Shown here one piece after another: positions 20,402 through 29,158 of a stretch of DNA of 64,000 bases. The notes beneath the pieces are model-generated. The model was not told the DNA's origin and did no database searches. It saw only the letters and a list, made by a program, of their open reading frames with translations. A program made the position numbers and the translations under genes. The stretch's first letter is position 1. Every line of letters starts with the position of its first letter. The stretch is taken from the NCBI GenBank assembly GCA_963764625.1, contig CAVXTH010000004.1, forward strand, positions 1 to 64,000, read 5' to 3'. This stretch comes from Candidatus Krumholzibacteriota bacterium. Its GTDB lineage: Bacteria > Krumholzibacteriota > Krumholzibacteriia > JAJRXK01.

Positions 20402-20692
20402 ATGCTGAAATGCCGTGAAGTCACCCGAATGGTGGCTGCCGACGCGATCGGTCGCGCGGGAATCCTCCGTCGACTCGAGCTTCGCCTGCACCTCATGATG
20501 TGCCATCGGTGCAGAGCCTACGTCAGGGAGATTGGCCTTATAGGGAACGTCGCCCGTCACCTTTGGGGAAGTGAAGCGGAAGACGTCGAGAGCGCGGCGA
20601 GTGTTGAGCAACGCGTCCTGCAGGCGATTCGCGGAGCTGCGCCAACCGACTCATCCCCTGAAGTTGATCCGGAGATCCCGCCGACCGACTGA
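20402..20692 (+). CDS. Zinc-binding anti-sigma factor (zf-HC2/ZAS), soluble
   Basis: 'MLKC...' plus HLMMCHRC (Hx3Cx2C); directly after the ECF gene; no TM segment. Confidence 0.85.
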   Translation: MLKCREVTRMVAADAIGRAGILRRLELRLHLMMCHRCRAYVREIGLIGNVARHLWGSEAEDVESAASVEQRVLQAIRGAAPTDSSPEVDPEIPPTD

Positions 20693-20705
20693 ACCGCGCT
20701 TCCGT

Positions 20706-21365
20706 TCAATTCGCTGTTTGCCAGAGTGAGTTCGAGGAAGGCCCGAGCCACTTTCGACTCAGTGACCCCAGGATCAGTCCAAAGGCAAGGTGCGCCAGCA
20801 CGACCGTCAGCGGCATGGCGGGCATCTTCGCTCCCATGAAGCCGATTCCCAACGCCTGCACCGCGGGACTCAAGAGGAACCCCAGGCCGATGAGCTGCGC
20901 GTAGATGATAGCCCAGAGAATGGGCTTTCTTCCCACCAGTACGGTGAAAATAAGTCCGAAGCTGACCCCGTTCCAGAAGTGGTACGCATATCCGAGGGTA
21001 TCCGACCATGGTGACGGACCGAGCATGAAGCGATTCGTCAATAGAACACCGAGAAGACGCGGCATGTCGCCGGGCATTCCCCCCAAATGGAAGCTTACAT
21101 TGCGTATGGCCTCCAGTCCGAGAGTCGCGACGAATCCCACGGCCGCTCCGGTCAAAGCTCTGTGAACCAACTCCCGCCGTCCCCGCACCGCCGCAATCAC
21201 GATCACTGCGATGAGCAAAACGATGGAGGGCAAGAGCACTTTCATACCGAGCACGGACATCTTGGCCAGCCCAGTCTGTGCTGCGGGAAAGAGATTGGGC
21301 GAGACGCCGGCGAAGATCACCAGCAACCCACCCAGAATGGTTCGCTCGTTCAAGAGGTGTCGCAT
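20706..21365 (-). CDS. Multi-pass membrane protein of unknown function
   Basis: About six hydrophobic helices; 'GYAYHFWNG.SFG' and 'LAHLAFG' His motifs; ATG 21365 preceded by AAGGAG. Confidence 0.7.
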   Translation of the reverse strand: MRHLLNERTILGGLLVIFAGVSPNLFPAAQTGLAKMSVLGMKVLLPSIVLLIAVIVIAAVRGRRELVHRALTGAAVGFVATLGLEAIRNVSFHLGGMPGDMPRLLGVLLTNRFMLGPSPWSDTLGYAYHFWNGVSFGLIFTVLVGRKPILWAIIYAQLIGLGFLLSPAVQALGIGFMGAKMPAMPLTVVLAHLAFGLILGSLSRKWLGPSSNSLWQTAN

Positions 21366-21449
21366 GGATCTGCTCCTTGAAATGGGTTTCATCCTCGGGG
21401 CCTCGGACACTCGAGTCTTTTGAACTCGCTCCGATGCAACCGCCATTTC

Positions 21450-21480
21450 GTGAGTGATCCCAAGAGAACGATTCTTACAC
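21450..21480 (-). promoter_or_regulatory. Putative ECF promoter GTGTAAGAA-N15-CACTCAC (leftward)
   Basis: Minus strand reads gtgtaagaa tcgttctcttgggat cactcac; same boxes and spacing as the copy at 21546-21576. Confidence 0.7.
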
Positions 21481-21545
21481 TCTGAATGAACAGAGGTAAG
21501 GGAGTATCGAATCCTCTACGAAATCAGACGCAGCTTGGAATTTCT

Positions 21546-21576
21546 GTGTAAGAACCTACGCACCGTGCGCACTCAC
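21546..21576 (+). promoter_or_regulatory. Putative ECF promoter GTGTAAGAA-N15-CACTCAC (rightward)
   Basis: gtgtaagaa cctacgcaccgtgcg cactcac, about 65 nt upstream of the DUF302 gene. Confidence 0.7.
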
Positions 21577-21640
21577 TGGTCGTGAGCGCGGCGTTCCAGA
21601 GGGGGCGCCCGGATCAAGTACTCTGAGAAAGGCGTAGATC

Positions 21641-22123
21641 ATGAAGACAAAGAAGAATCCTCTTTTAATGACGGGGCTGTTGAGCCTTGTCCTCTTGCTG
21701 CTGCCCTTGGCGGGGTATGCGAGCTCCAATACCTCGACCACCACCGTCAGTCAGACGATTGTCAAGGGTTCGGTCGAGCAGACGCTCGACGCCCTTCACA
21801 AGCTCGTCGCCGACAACGGAATGATGGTCATGGGAGAGTTGCACCAGGGAAAGGTGCTCACGATGACGGGCCTGAAGGTGAAGTCCGAGTCGGTGTTCTT
21901 GGGCAACCCGAACGTGGGCAAGAAACTGTTCACGATCGAGCCCGGCGCCGGTGTGGCGTTGCCTGTCCGTGTCAACATCTTCGAAAACTCAGAGGGCAAG
22001 ACCGTGGTGGCCTACATCCCTCCTTCCCAGCTACTCGCCAGTTTCGACAATCCAATGTTGGAGAAAGCGGCGGGAATGCTCGACGAAAAACTGTCGGGAC
22101 TCGTAGGGATGCTGGACAAGTAA
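21641..22123 (+). CDS. DUF302 family periplasmic protein
   Basis: Signal peptide; 'GNPNVG..L....PGAGVALPVRV.I.EN..GKT.V.Y..P' pattern typical of DUF302. Confidence 0.8.
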   Translation: MKTKKNPLLMTGLLSLVLLLLPLAGYASSNTSTTTVSQTIVKGSVEQTLDALHKLVADNGMMVMGELHQGKVLTMTGLKVKSESVFLGNPNVGKKLFTIEPGAGVALPVRVNIFENSEGKTVVAYIPPSQLLASFDNPMLEKAAGMLDEKLSGLVGMLDK

Positions 22124-22187
22124 TCGAACGGATCCCCGTCTTCGGGCGTACACGTCCCATGGCATACACTCAATCGCTGGAGAGCCA

Positions 22188-22217
22188 AACCGGGGCGATC
22201 GCAAGACCGCCCCGGTT
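22188..22217 (+). terminator. GC-rich hairpin after DUF302 gene (possible terminator)
   Basis: aaccggggcgatc-GCAA-gaccgccccggtt stem-loop; no clear U-tract. Confidence 0.4.
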
Positions 22218-22290
22218 GTCTGTACCGTCCCAGCTTACCGTCTTTTGACCCGCCGGCTGGAACATCGTAGCGAATCAGCGTGCCGGGATT

Positions 22291-22928
22291 TGTAGGATAG
22301 TCAGACTCTCCGAGACACATCAGCTGTTAGATCAACGCACACTGAAAGAGGTCTCGATATGAATCAGGAGGTGCTGGATGTCCTGCGAGCTCGGCGTCGG
22401 CGAACGATTCTCGAGTTAGCCGAGACCGTAGGGAACACAGTTGAGGGGTGGGAAGGGCTGCTTCGCAAGAGGCCCGTGGCGCGCAGTCACCCAAGGCAGA
22501 TTTTTCCGGAGTTTGTGGAGAAGATCCTCCATTTGAGAGCCAACTACCACCTGGAACCCCAGAGAATCGCCTGGTATCTCGAGCGTTCCCATGGCTTCGT
22601 GACCTCCTGTTCGAGTGTCTATCGCACGCTCAAGCTTAAACGACTACTGACATGTGGAAGACAAGGCCATGCGGCATGTGTATATCAAGCCGCGGTCGCC
22701 ACAGTTGAATGGCAGGGTTGAGAGGTCACATCGGACCGACCAGGAGGAGTTCTACCAGCTCTTGACGTACACGGATGATGTGGATCTGAACGCAAAGCTG
22801 AGGGAGTGGGAGAGGTTTTACAACCTCAGCCGGCCGTATGGAGCGCACAACGGAAAGACGCCTTACGAAGCTCTGAAACGTCTGCTAGAATAACTGCCAA
22901 TCTGTCCCGAAGGGTCCGGAACATCACA
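22291..22928 (+). mobile_element. Internally deleted IS481-family element (transposase pseudogene)
   Basis: TGT...ACA ends with imperfect IRs (...CAGACTCTCCGAGACA vs rc ...CGGACCCTTCGGGACA). ORF pieces 22359..22721 (HTH part) and 22654..22893 ('IKPRSPQLNGRVERSHRTD...YN..RP...GKTP'); the middle of the catalytic core is missing. Confidence 0.85.
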
Positions 22929-22957
22929 CTTCCTGAACTCCCAGATTCGAGTCAAAT

Positions 22958-23956
22958 ATGTTCCGAAAATCACTGCAGCTTTTCGTGCTGACGGCCGCCG
23001 CACTCACGCTGTGGATCCAACCAGCCTTCTCAACAGAACTCGATCGCACCGATACGGGTCCCCTGCCCGGGGATGAGGCGCCAACGATCCACGCCTCGCA
23101 GTGGCTTCGCGGTGATCCCGTCGAGCACTACCTCCCGGGCCATATCTACATCGTGGATCTGTGGGCCACCTGGTGTGGTCCCTGCCTTGTGGCCATGCCA
23201 CTCTTCAGAGAGATTCAAGATCGCCATCCCGAAGAGCTCACCGTCATCGCCATGAACGTGTGGGAGATGCAGCCCAAGCGCGTTCCCGAACTCGTCGAGG
23301 CTCGCGCGGATTCCATGCCCTCGACCGTGGCCATGGACAGCATTCCCCCGGGAAAGGAATTCAACGAAGGGCTGACTGCAGTCGCGTTCCTCGGTACCGC
23401 CGACCTGGTGTCCATTCCCCGCACCTACTTGATCGACAAAAAGGGCCGCATCGCCTGGATCGGCACCCCGAACGAACTTCAAGATCCGCTCACCCAGGTC
23501 CTGACCGGCACCTGGGATCTCGAGCCCCACGCCACGAACTATGCGGGGAAACTGAAGGTGGAGCTCAGGTTTCGAAAGCTCTCCAAACCGGTGGAAGCCG
23601 CCATTACCGAAAAGCGCTGGCAAGCTGCCCTCGACGCGAGCGAGGCCGTCGTGGCCGCGGACTCTTCCTTCGGTCCTCGGATCGCCCATTCCGGATTCAT
23701 CTTTCTCGCCATGTCCGTTCTGAAGCAGGACGCGCCCGGCACGGAAGCACTCTCGATAGCCGACCGAGCTCTGAAACGATCCATGAAGCTCGACCCCAAA
23801 CCAGACTGGCGAACCTTCCTCATGGGCGCCAAGCTCGCCAAGGCCTTGGGCAAGCTCGAGGAAGCAGAGAGTCTCTTGGCGAAAGCCCGGCTCCACGCGC
23901 CTCCTGAAAGCAAGCAACAAGTCCCCTCAACCGTAAAGGAGCTTTCGCTGAAATGA
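22958..23956 (+). CDS. TlpA/ResA-like thiol-disulfide oxidoreductase with helical C-terminus
   Basis: Signal peptide; 'VDLWATWCGPC'; cis-Pro motif 'IPRTYLIDKKG'. Confidence 0.88.
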   Translation: MFRKSLQLFVLTAAALTLWIQPAFSTELDRTDTGPLPGDEAPTIHASQWLRGDPVEHYLPGHIYIVDLWATWCGPCLVAMPLFREIQDRHPEELTVIAMNVWEMQPKRVPELVEARADSMPSTVAMDSIPPGKEFNEGLTAVAFLGTADLVSIPRTYLIDKKGRIAWIGTPNELQDPLTQVLTGTWDLEPHATNYAGKLKVELRFRKLSKPVEAAITEKRWQAALDASEAVVAADSSFGPRIAHSGFIFLAMSVLKQDAPGTEALSIADRALKRSMKLDPKPDWRTFLMGAKLAKALGKLEEAESLLAKARLHAPPESKQQVPSTVKELSLK

Positions 23957-24420
23957 ACGAACCCGAATACGCCTGGGCCGGCGCCCGTACACTCGTCGCC
24001 ATGCACGCACACCATCTCGAGGAGTTCCTCGAGGTCTGGCGACGCGCGGACGCGTCTGATCTCGCCTTACCGGAAACCGACGATAAATCCTACGCCTCCC
24101 GCGAAGCACTGCTCGTTCACGTCATGCGGTGCGCGGCTAGTTACCTGAGCTGGATCTGCAACAACCTCGAACTTCCCCGCCCGAAGCTGGATGCGACGCC
24201 CAAAGTTGGAGGTTTCACAGAGCGCGTGGACGACTACATGCGGACGCTGCTCGAGGCGTGGGATTCCTCACTGCGGACGGTACGCTTCGAGCAGAGTGAC
24301 CATCCGACCTTCGTCTCTCGTTGGGGCGTTCCCTACAGCATCGATGCGATGCTCGAACACGCGGTCATGCACCCCATGCGCCACTCCTTTCAACTCCAGG
24401 CCCTGATGGACCAGGCTTGA
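23953..24420 (+). CDS. DinB/YfiT-like four-helix protein
   Basis: 'LLVHV' and 'LEHAVMHPMRH..Q' His pattern; ATGA overlap with upstream gene. Confidence 0.7.
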   Translation: MNEPEYAWAGARTLVAMHAHHLEEFLEVWRRADASDLALPETDDKSYASREALLVHVMRCAASYLSWICNNLELPRPKLDATPKVGGFTERVDDYMRTLLEAWDSSLRTVRFEQSDHPTFVSRWGVPYSIDAMLEHAVMHPMRHSFQLQALMDQA

Positions 24421-24460
24421 TCGGAGACCCGACCCGAAGGGAATGAAGGCACTCACTGGC

Positions 24461-24530
24461 GCCAAGCTCGGCGCCTTCTTCGACCCCATCCGCGACAAGC
24501 CTCGCTTCCGGGAGATCCTGACCGAGAGAG
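24461..24530 (+). pseudogene. Relic of the 3' end of a kinase-TPR gene
   Basis: 55/70 nt identical by hand alignment to 2381-2450; reads AKLGAFFDPIRDKPRFREILTE. Confidence 0.7.
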
Positions 24531-24542
24531 CGGTCTTTCGTC

Positions 24543-25781
24543 TCAGGGCAAGGCCACGGAGTGGTCGCGGCTGAATTGATAGTCACGGAAGACGTGTTCG
24601 GCGCTCAGAATTCGATAGCTTCCGTCCGGCTGGCGCGTCGTGGTGTCCTTGAGACGATACACGTAATGTCCGCAGGTAAAGCAGTTGTTCCGGCTGAAGT
24701 GGTAGCAGAGACAGACCTTCTCGTGCACGGGCCCATGGCGTCCACTCGCATCCGGGGCCGTCTTCCGATACTCGTCGAGATACGAGCAGTGGCCTTCTCC
24801 GTCGAGTAAGTACCCGAACCCTTCGCACATGGGTTTCACGTTCGAATCCAGGCAGGGACTGTTCCGCAGCATGCGGATGAGATATCCGGTGGGTGAAGTC
24901 GTCGAGACGACGACATCTTCCTCGGAGGCGCTAAAATAGCGTTGTTGCACCTCGGGTCCGAGTCCGCACTCTTTCGTCACGGTGAAGCGGGTGGCGACCT
25001 GCACTGCTCCCGCACCCGCCTCAAGGGCCTCGACAGCATCGGTGCCCGTGAAGATCCCTCCGGCGGGAATCACGGGAATGGAAAGTCCCTGCTTCTTCAG
25101 GAAATCCAGGACCTCGGCGGTGATCACCTTCAGAGAGAACCGTTTCCAATCGGCGCCGAATCCCAGATGCCCTCCGGCGAGCGGACCCTCCACCACGACG
25201 TAGTCCGGTAGACGGGACAGTTGCTTGGCGCGCCGCAGGAAAATTTGCAGCGCGCGCGTGCTCGACACCACGATACCGAGCAGGGCGTCGTGAAAGCGCG
25301 GATGGTCGGCGATGTGTTGCAGACTGCTCGTGTGCAAACCGGCGGAGAGTGTGATGCCGTCGATCCCGCCGTCGAGCGCCGCGCGGAGTCGTGCGCGCAG
25401 GGTCCCCGCGGGGTCAGCCATGGTGAGCTTCTCCATCACGTTGATGAAGATCGCCCCCGTGCCCGTCTTCTTTTCCATGGTGCTGCGCACGTGATTCAGC
25501 TGCGCCTGCCGGATCGACTGGAGATCGAAGTGGATGCCGGACTTGTCACTGCGAGCGCGCCAAGCCCGATGCAGAGCACGCTTGCCCTGGGTGAAGCGGG
25601 TCTTGAAATTCCGGTCCGAGACGAAGGCGATCATGGCGTCGGAGATGTGTCCGACTCCTCCGAGCCGACTGGCCTCTTGCGCAAGACCCTCGGTGGAGAT
25701 GTCCACTCCCATGCCGCCGATGACGATCGGCACGAGTTCGAAGCTCCCCAGTCGCAAACGAAAATCATCGACGATGGGCAC
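24543..25781 (-). CDS. Nitronate monooxygenase/FabK-FabX-like FMN-dependent oxidoreductase with Cys-rich C-terminus
   Basis: 'PIVIGGMGV', 'VVEGPLAGGHLG', 'PVIPAGGI' and 'GAGAVQVATRF' motifs; several C-terminal Cys. Confidence 0.85.
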   Translation of the reverse strand: MPIVDDFRLRLGSFELVPIVIGGMGVDISTEGLAQEASRLGGVGHISDAMIAFVSDRNFKTRFTQGKRALHRAWRARSDKSGIHFDLQSIRQAQLNHVRSTMEKKTGTGAIFINVMEKLTMADPAGTLRARLRAALDGGIDGITLSAGLHTSSLQHIADHPRFHDALLGIVVSSTRALQIFLRRAKQLSRLPDYVVVEGPLAGGHLGFGADWKRFSLKVITAEVLDFLKKQGLSIPVIPAGGIFTGTDAVEALEAGAGAVQVATRFTVTKECGLGPEVQQRYFSASEEDVVVSTTSPTGYLIRMLRNSPCLDSNVKPMCEGFGYLLDGEGHCSYLDEYRKTAPDASGRHGPVHEKVCLCYHFSRNNCFTCGHYVYRLKDTTTRQPDGSYRILSAEHVFRDYQFSRDHSVALP

Positions 25782-25967
25782 AGCTTACTCCTCAGTGTCT
25801 CCGCTCACGCGAAGACTAACTCGATGTAGAGAGAATCGCTAGCGGATGGGACGCGGCGGACAGGTCTTTGTCAATGACAGATCCACCGGACCGATCGGGG
25901 CGATCTCGGGGCCTTTCGTGGGTTCCACTTCGCCAGCCTCTTCGTCAGTCTAGTCACGTGCACAACC

Positions 25968-26073
25968 CATGCCTACCACATATTCCATTCGGGCTCAAAT
26001 TCACGCCTGAGCGGCCTTTCGGTAGTATCGGTGGTGCAGCCCGGCAACGTGGATCTAATGAATGGTAGGGACA
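25968..26073 (-). mobile_element. Miniature IS relic C
   Basis: Right end ...GGATCTAATGAATGGTAGGGACA; degenerate left end (CAT)GCCTACCACATATTCCATTCG; minus strand reads GLHHRYYRKAAQA*. Confidence 0.7.
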
Positions 26074-26091
26074 GCTGAGGCATATGCTAAA

Positions 26092-27546
26092 ATGACCGCA
26101 ATTTTGTCCCATGGGGTCCGGGATATCACAGTCTTCAAGTATTTCGGTCAACTGTGCCTCGCGCTCGGCGCACTGACGCTGGTGCCGTTCGCAATGTCGC
26201 TGATCTTCGGCGAGTGGCACATCGCCCTGAGATATACCGTTGTGGTTTGTGGGCTAATCGGCTTGGGCTTGGGGACGGTCCGGCTGCGGGCTCCTTTCCG
26301 TGTGCAGGCCAATGAGGGCCTGGTGTTGGTCGCGCTGGTGTTTTTCTTCACTCCGCTGGTGTTGTCCTACCCGATGATGGGTGCGGGGTTGAAGTTTCTG
26401 GATGCCTTCTTCGAAGCTGTTTCCGCCGTGACGACCACGGGGTTGAGCACTAAGGCGACGCTCGTTGGCGCGCCGTCGACGTTTCTTTTTGCCCGCGCCT
26501 GGATGCAGTGGTACGGAGGGCTGGGCATCGTCGTCCTCTCGCTGGCGCTCGTAATGCAACCGGGGCTGGTGGCGAAAGGCCTGACTGCCTCAGAGATCGA
26601 AACCGGGGATTAGGGCGGTAGCGCGCGGGCACACGCGCAGCGAGTCCTGAAAGTCTATGGCGTTATCACCGCTCTGGGCATCATTGGCTCCCTAATGCTG
26701 GGAGTCGGCCTTTTCGACGCGGTATTGTACACATTCACGGCGGTATCGACCGCAGGTTTTGCACCCCATGACAATAGCCTTGCAGCCTTAGGCTTGCTCC
26801 AACAGTGGTGGATTACGCTGCTTTGCCTCGCCGGTGCGATCCCACTGGCGTTCTATCACCGAATGTTAAAGGAGAGACGGCGCGTTGCAGTGGACTTTCT
26901 TCAACTCCAGGCCGTGGTAATCGCTTGCCTGGTCGTTTCGCTAGCGGTGGGCGCTTCCATGCGGCTGAGTGCCGGCATGACTTGGCCACAAGTACTCCAT
27001 CACGCCCCCTTGCTGTCTCTCTCGGCGCAGACAACTACGGGTTTTGCCTCGACGCCGTGTGCGCAACTCGATGCGGGTTCCAAGCTGGTTCTGATCGTCT
27101 CGATGCTCGTGGGAGGCGGAGTGGGATCGACCGCAGGCGGATTTAAGCTGCTGCGGCTGTTGATTGCAGTGAGCGTGTTTCGATGGATAATCCTGCGGAC
27201 CTGCTTGCCGAAGCACGTTGTCACCGAACCTCGGCTGGCAGGCCGCCGACTGCAGAACGAAGAGATCTACGCGACCCTGCTGCTCATCGTACTGTTTGTC
27301 GTCGTCGTCACGCTGTCCTGGCTGCCCTTTGTGGCAATGGGATACGGCCCGCTCGACTCGTTGTTCGAAGTGGTTTCGGCGGTGGCAACGGCGGGGCTTT
27401 CGGTCGGGCTGTCGAGTGAAACATTACCCGCGCTGCTCAAGGGAGTTCTATGCGCTGACATGCTGATGGGAAGACTCGAAATCATCGCATGGTTAGTGCT
27501 GCTGTATCCAGGAACGTGGTTTGGCAGGAGAATGGAGGGAACATGA
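26092..27546 (+). pseudogene. trkH: TrkH family K+ uptake membrane protein interrupted by one in-frame TAG (26611-26613)
   Basis: Four pore-loop motifs (TTTGLS, STAGFA, TTTGFA, ATAGLS) and 'GRLE'. ORFs 26062..26613 and 26695..27546 are in the same frame, with sense codons between them. Confidence 0.85.
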
Positions 27547-28229
27547 GAGTTGTTCTTATCGGAGCCGGAAGAGTGAGCGTCGAAACGGCCAAGGCGCTCA
27601 TTAAAAAGGGCCATGAGGTCATCATCATCGAAACCGTCAAGGCCAAGATCGATGAATTATCCGAAGAGATGGATTGCAGCTTTCTGCTGGGCGATGGCAG
27701 TCATCCTAGCCTCCTGTGCGAAGTCAATCCCGCGCAGACCGATTTCCTGTTTTGCTTGGCGGACAGCGACCAGGATAACATCATCGCCAGTCTCGTCGGC
27801 CGTTCCCTCGGTTTCAAGCGTATCGTGACGAGCATAGGCGATCCGCAGTTCGAGGATATCTGCCATGTGTTGGAGCTGGAGGACACGATCATCCGCTCTC
27901 GCACCATCAGCCGCTACCTCGAAGACATGGTGGGCGGCAGCAAAGACACCGAAATTTCTGCGGTCATCAAAGACGAGGCCCGGTTTTTCACTTTAATTGC
28001 AAAAGAGGAAGATACGGTCGCGGCAAAGGATCTGAAATTGCCTACCGATGCCAAGGTCATCTGCTATTACCGCGATGGCGAGTTTTCACATGCTGATAAA
28101 GAAACGAAATTCCGCATAGGCGACGAGGTTGTGATTCTCACACACAGCAAAAATATACCCGCGTTGCAGGAGCGTTGGCAGCCGAAGACCGCGCAGGAGG
28201 AGCCGGCGGATGCGGGCTCGCCGGGTTGA
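27543..28229 (+). CDS. trkA: TrkA/KtrA family RCK regulatory subunit
   Basis: 'MRVVLIGAGRV' Rossmann motif, 'GDG', C-terminal RCK_C 'GDEVVIL'; ATGA overlap with trkH. Confidence 0.9.
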   Translation: MRVVLIGAGRVSVETAKALIKKGHEVIIIETVKAKIDELSEEMDCSFLLGDGSHPSLLCEVNPAQTDFLFCLADSDQDNIIASLVGRSLGFKRIVTSIGDPQFEDICHVLELEDTIIRSRTISRYLEDMVGGSKDTEISAVIKDEARFFTLIAKEEDTVAAKDLKLPTDAKVICYYRDGEFSHADKETKFRIGDEVVILTHSKNIPALQERWQPKTAQEEPADAGSPG

Positions 28230-28340
28230 TTGCAACTGTCGACAACGACGACGCACAATCATTCTGAGGTCTCCTCCATCATTCTGAGTTATCCAGGGGT
28301 TGCTACCTGCAGCCCCACCCAGTCTAAAGCCTTACGTTAC

Positions 28341-28380
28341 AATCGATTACTTGTAGCCACACCGGGGCATTCCGCTTGCC
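28341..28380 (+). promoter_or_regulatory. Putative sigma54 promoter with upstream IHF-like site
   Basis: GGCATTCCGCTTGC (GG-N10-GC, 28366-79); AATCGATTACTTG (28341-53) is one mismatch from WATCAR-N4-TTR. Confidence 0.55.
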
Positions 28381-28437
28381 TATCCCTCTAGCAGGTCTGG
28401 GATCGTTCGAAACTCGAAAAAAAGGAATACACCCACC

Positions 28438-28800
28438 ATGGTAACCACAAGGAAGCCGCAGGAGAAGTTCGGCGTTGTTTCTGCGACGACGATCAAGGGC
28501 GAGTCGGTCATCAATCACGAAAAAGAGAAGTTGGGCAAGATCGATGAGCTGATGATCGACGCAAATACGGGGCATCTGGCTTATGCGGTGCTCTCCTTCA
28601 GCGGTAATCACTACGCCGTACCCTGGAGCGCGTTCGAGTTCGCCAACACCGAGAAAGTACTCATCCTCGATGTGGACAAGGAGAAGCTCAAGGCCGCTCC
28701 CGGGTTCGACAAGAGTGAAACCTGGCCGGATTTTGCGGACCGAACCTGGGGTGGCAAAATCCACAAATACTACGGTTCCGCACCGTACTGGGGAGAGTAG
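28438..28800 (+). CDS. PRC-barrel domain protein
   Basis: 'SATTIKG..V.N...EKLGKIDELMID...G..AYAVLSF...AVPW' and 'KLKAAPGFD..WP'. Confidence 0.9.
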   Translation: MVTTRKPQEKFGVVSATTIKGESVINHEKEKLGKIDELMIDANTGHLAYAVLSFSGNHYAVPWSAFEFANTEKVLILDVDKEKLKAAPGFDKSETWPDFADRTWGGKIHKYYGSAPYWGE

Positions 28801-28866
28801 AGACGGATTCGATGCTCGTTGATTCCGACGACGTCGACTGGTTGGGCATTTACAAGGAGGCACCCC

Positions 28867-28941
28867 ATGGGTGAGCACATGGACAAGACCAAGGGCAAGG
28901 CCAAGAAGGCGAAGAAGTCGATTAAGGCTGCCGGCAAGTAA
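28867..28941 (+). pseudogene. Short CsbD-like ORF (24 aa), probably internally deleted
   Basis: Strong RBS AAGGAGG; MGEHMDKTKGKAKKAKKSIKAAGK* resembles the CsbD 'DKxKGKxK' start; lies next to the PRC-barrel stress gene. Confidence 0.5.
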
Positions 28942-29158
28942 CGCGATTCGACCGCGAGAAAGCAGGAACCCCATGAGTACGGGAACCCTCATCATCGTGG
29001 TTGTCCGGTTCTATTCGCCGGCGCATCTTCTCGCAGCTCTATGGACAGGCCGCGCAGCCGAACATCAGTGATCTCTCACGCGACCCCGCCAGAGATACGA
29101 GCGCCCGACCGTGTTGGCCGGGCGCTCTGTCAACCTCGCAGCGGAGTTTCGCTGAGAG

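Noticed and set aside
26611-26613. Amber recoding or pyrrolysine readthrough in trkH
   Set aside because: TAG is an ordinary stop for many genes here (e.g. 6480, 18907, 28800, 34103, 51230, 56387), and no pyl genes are visible.
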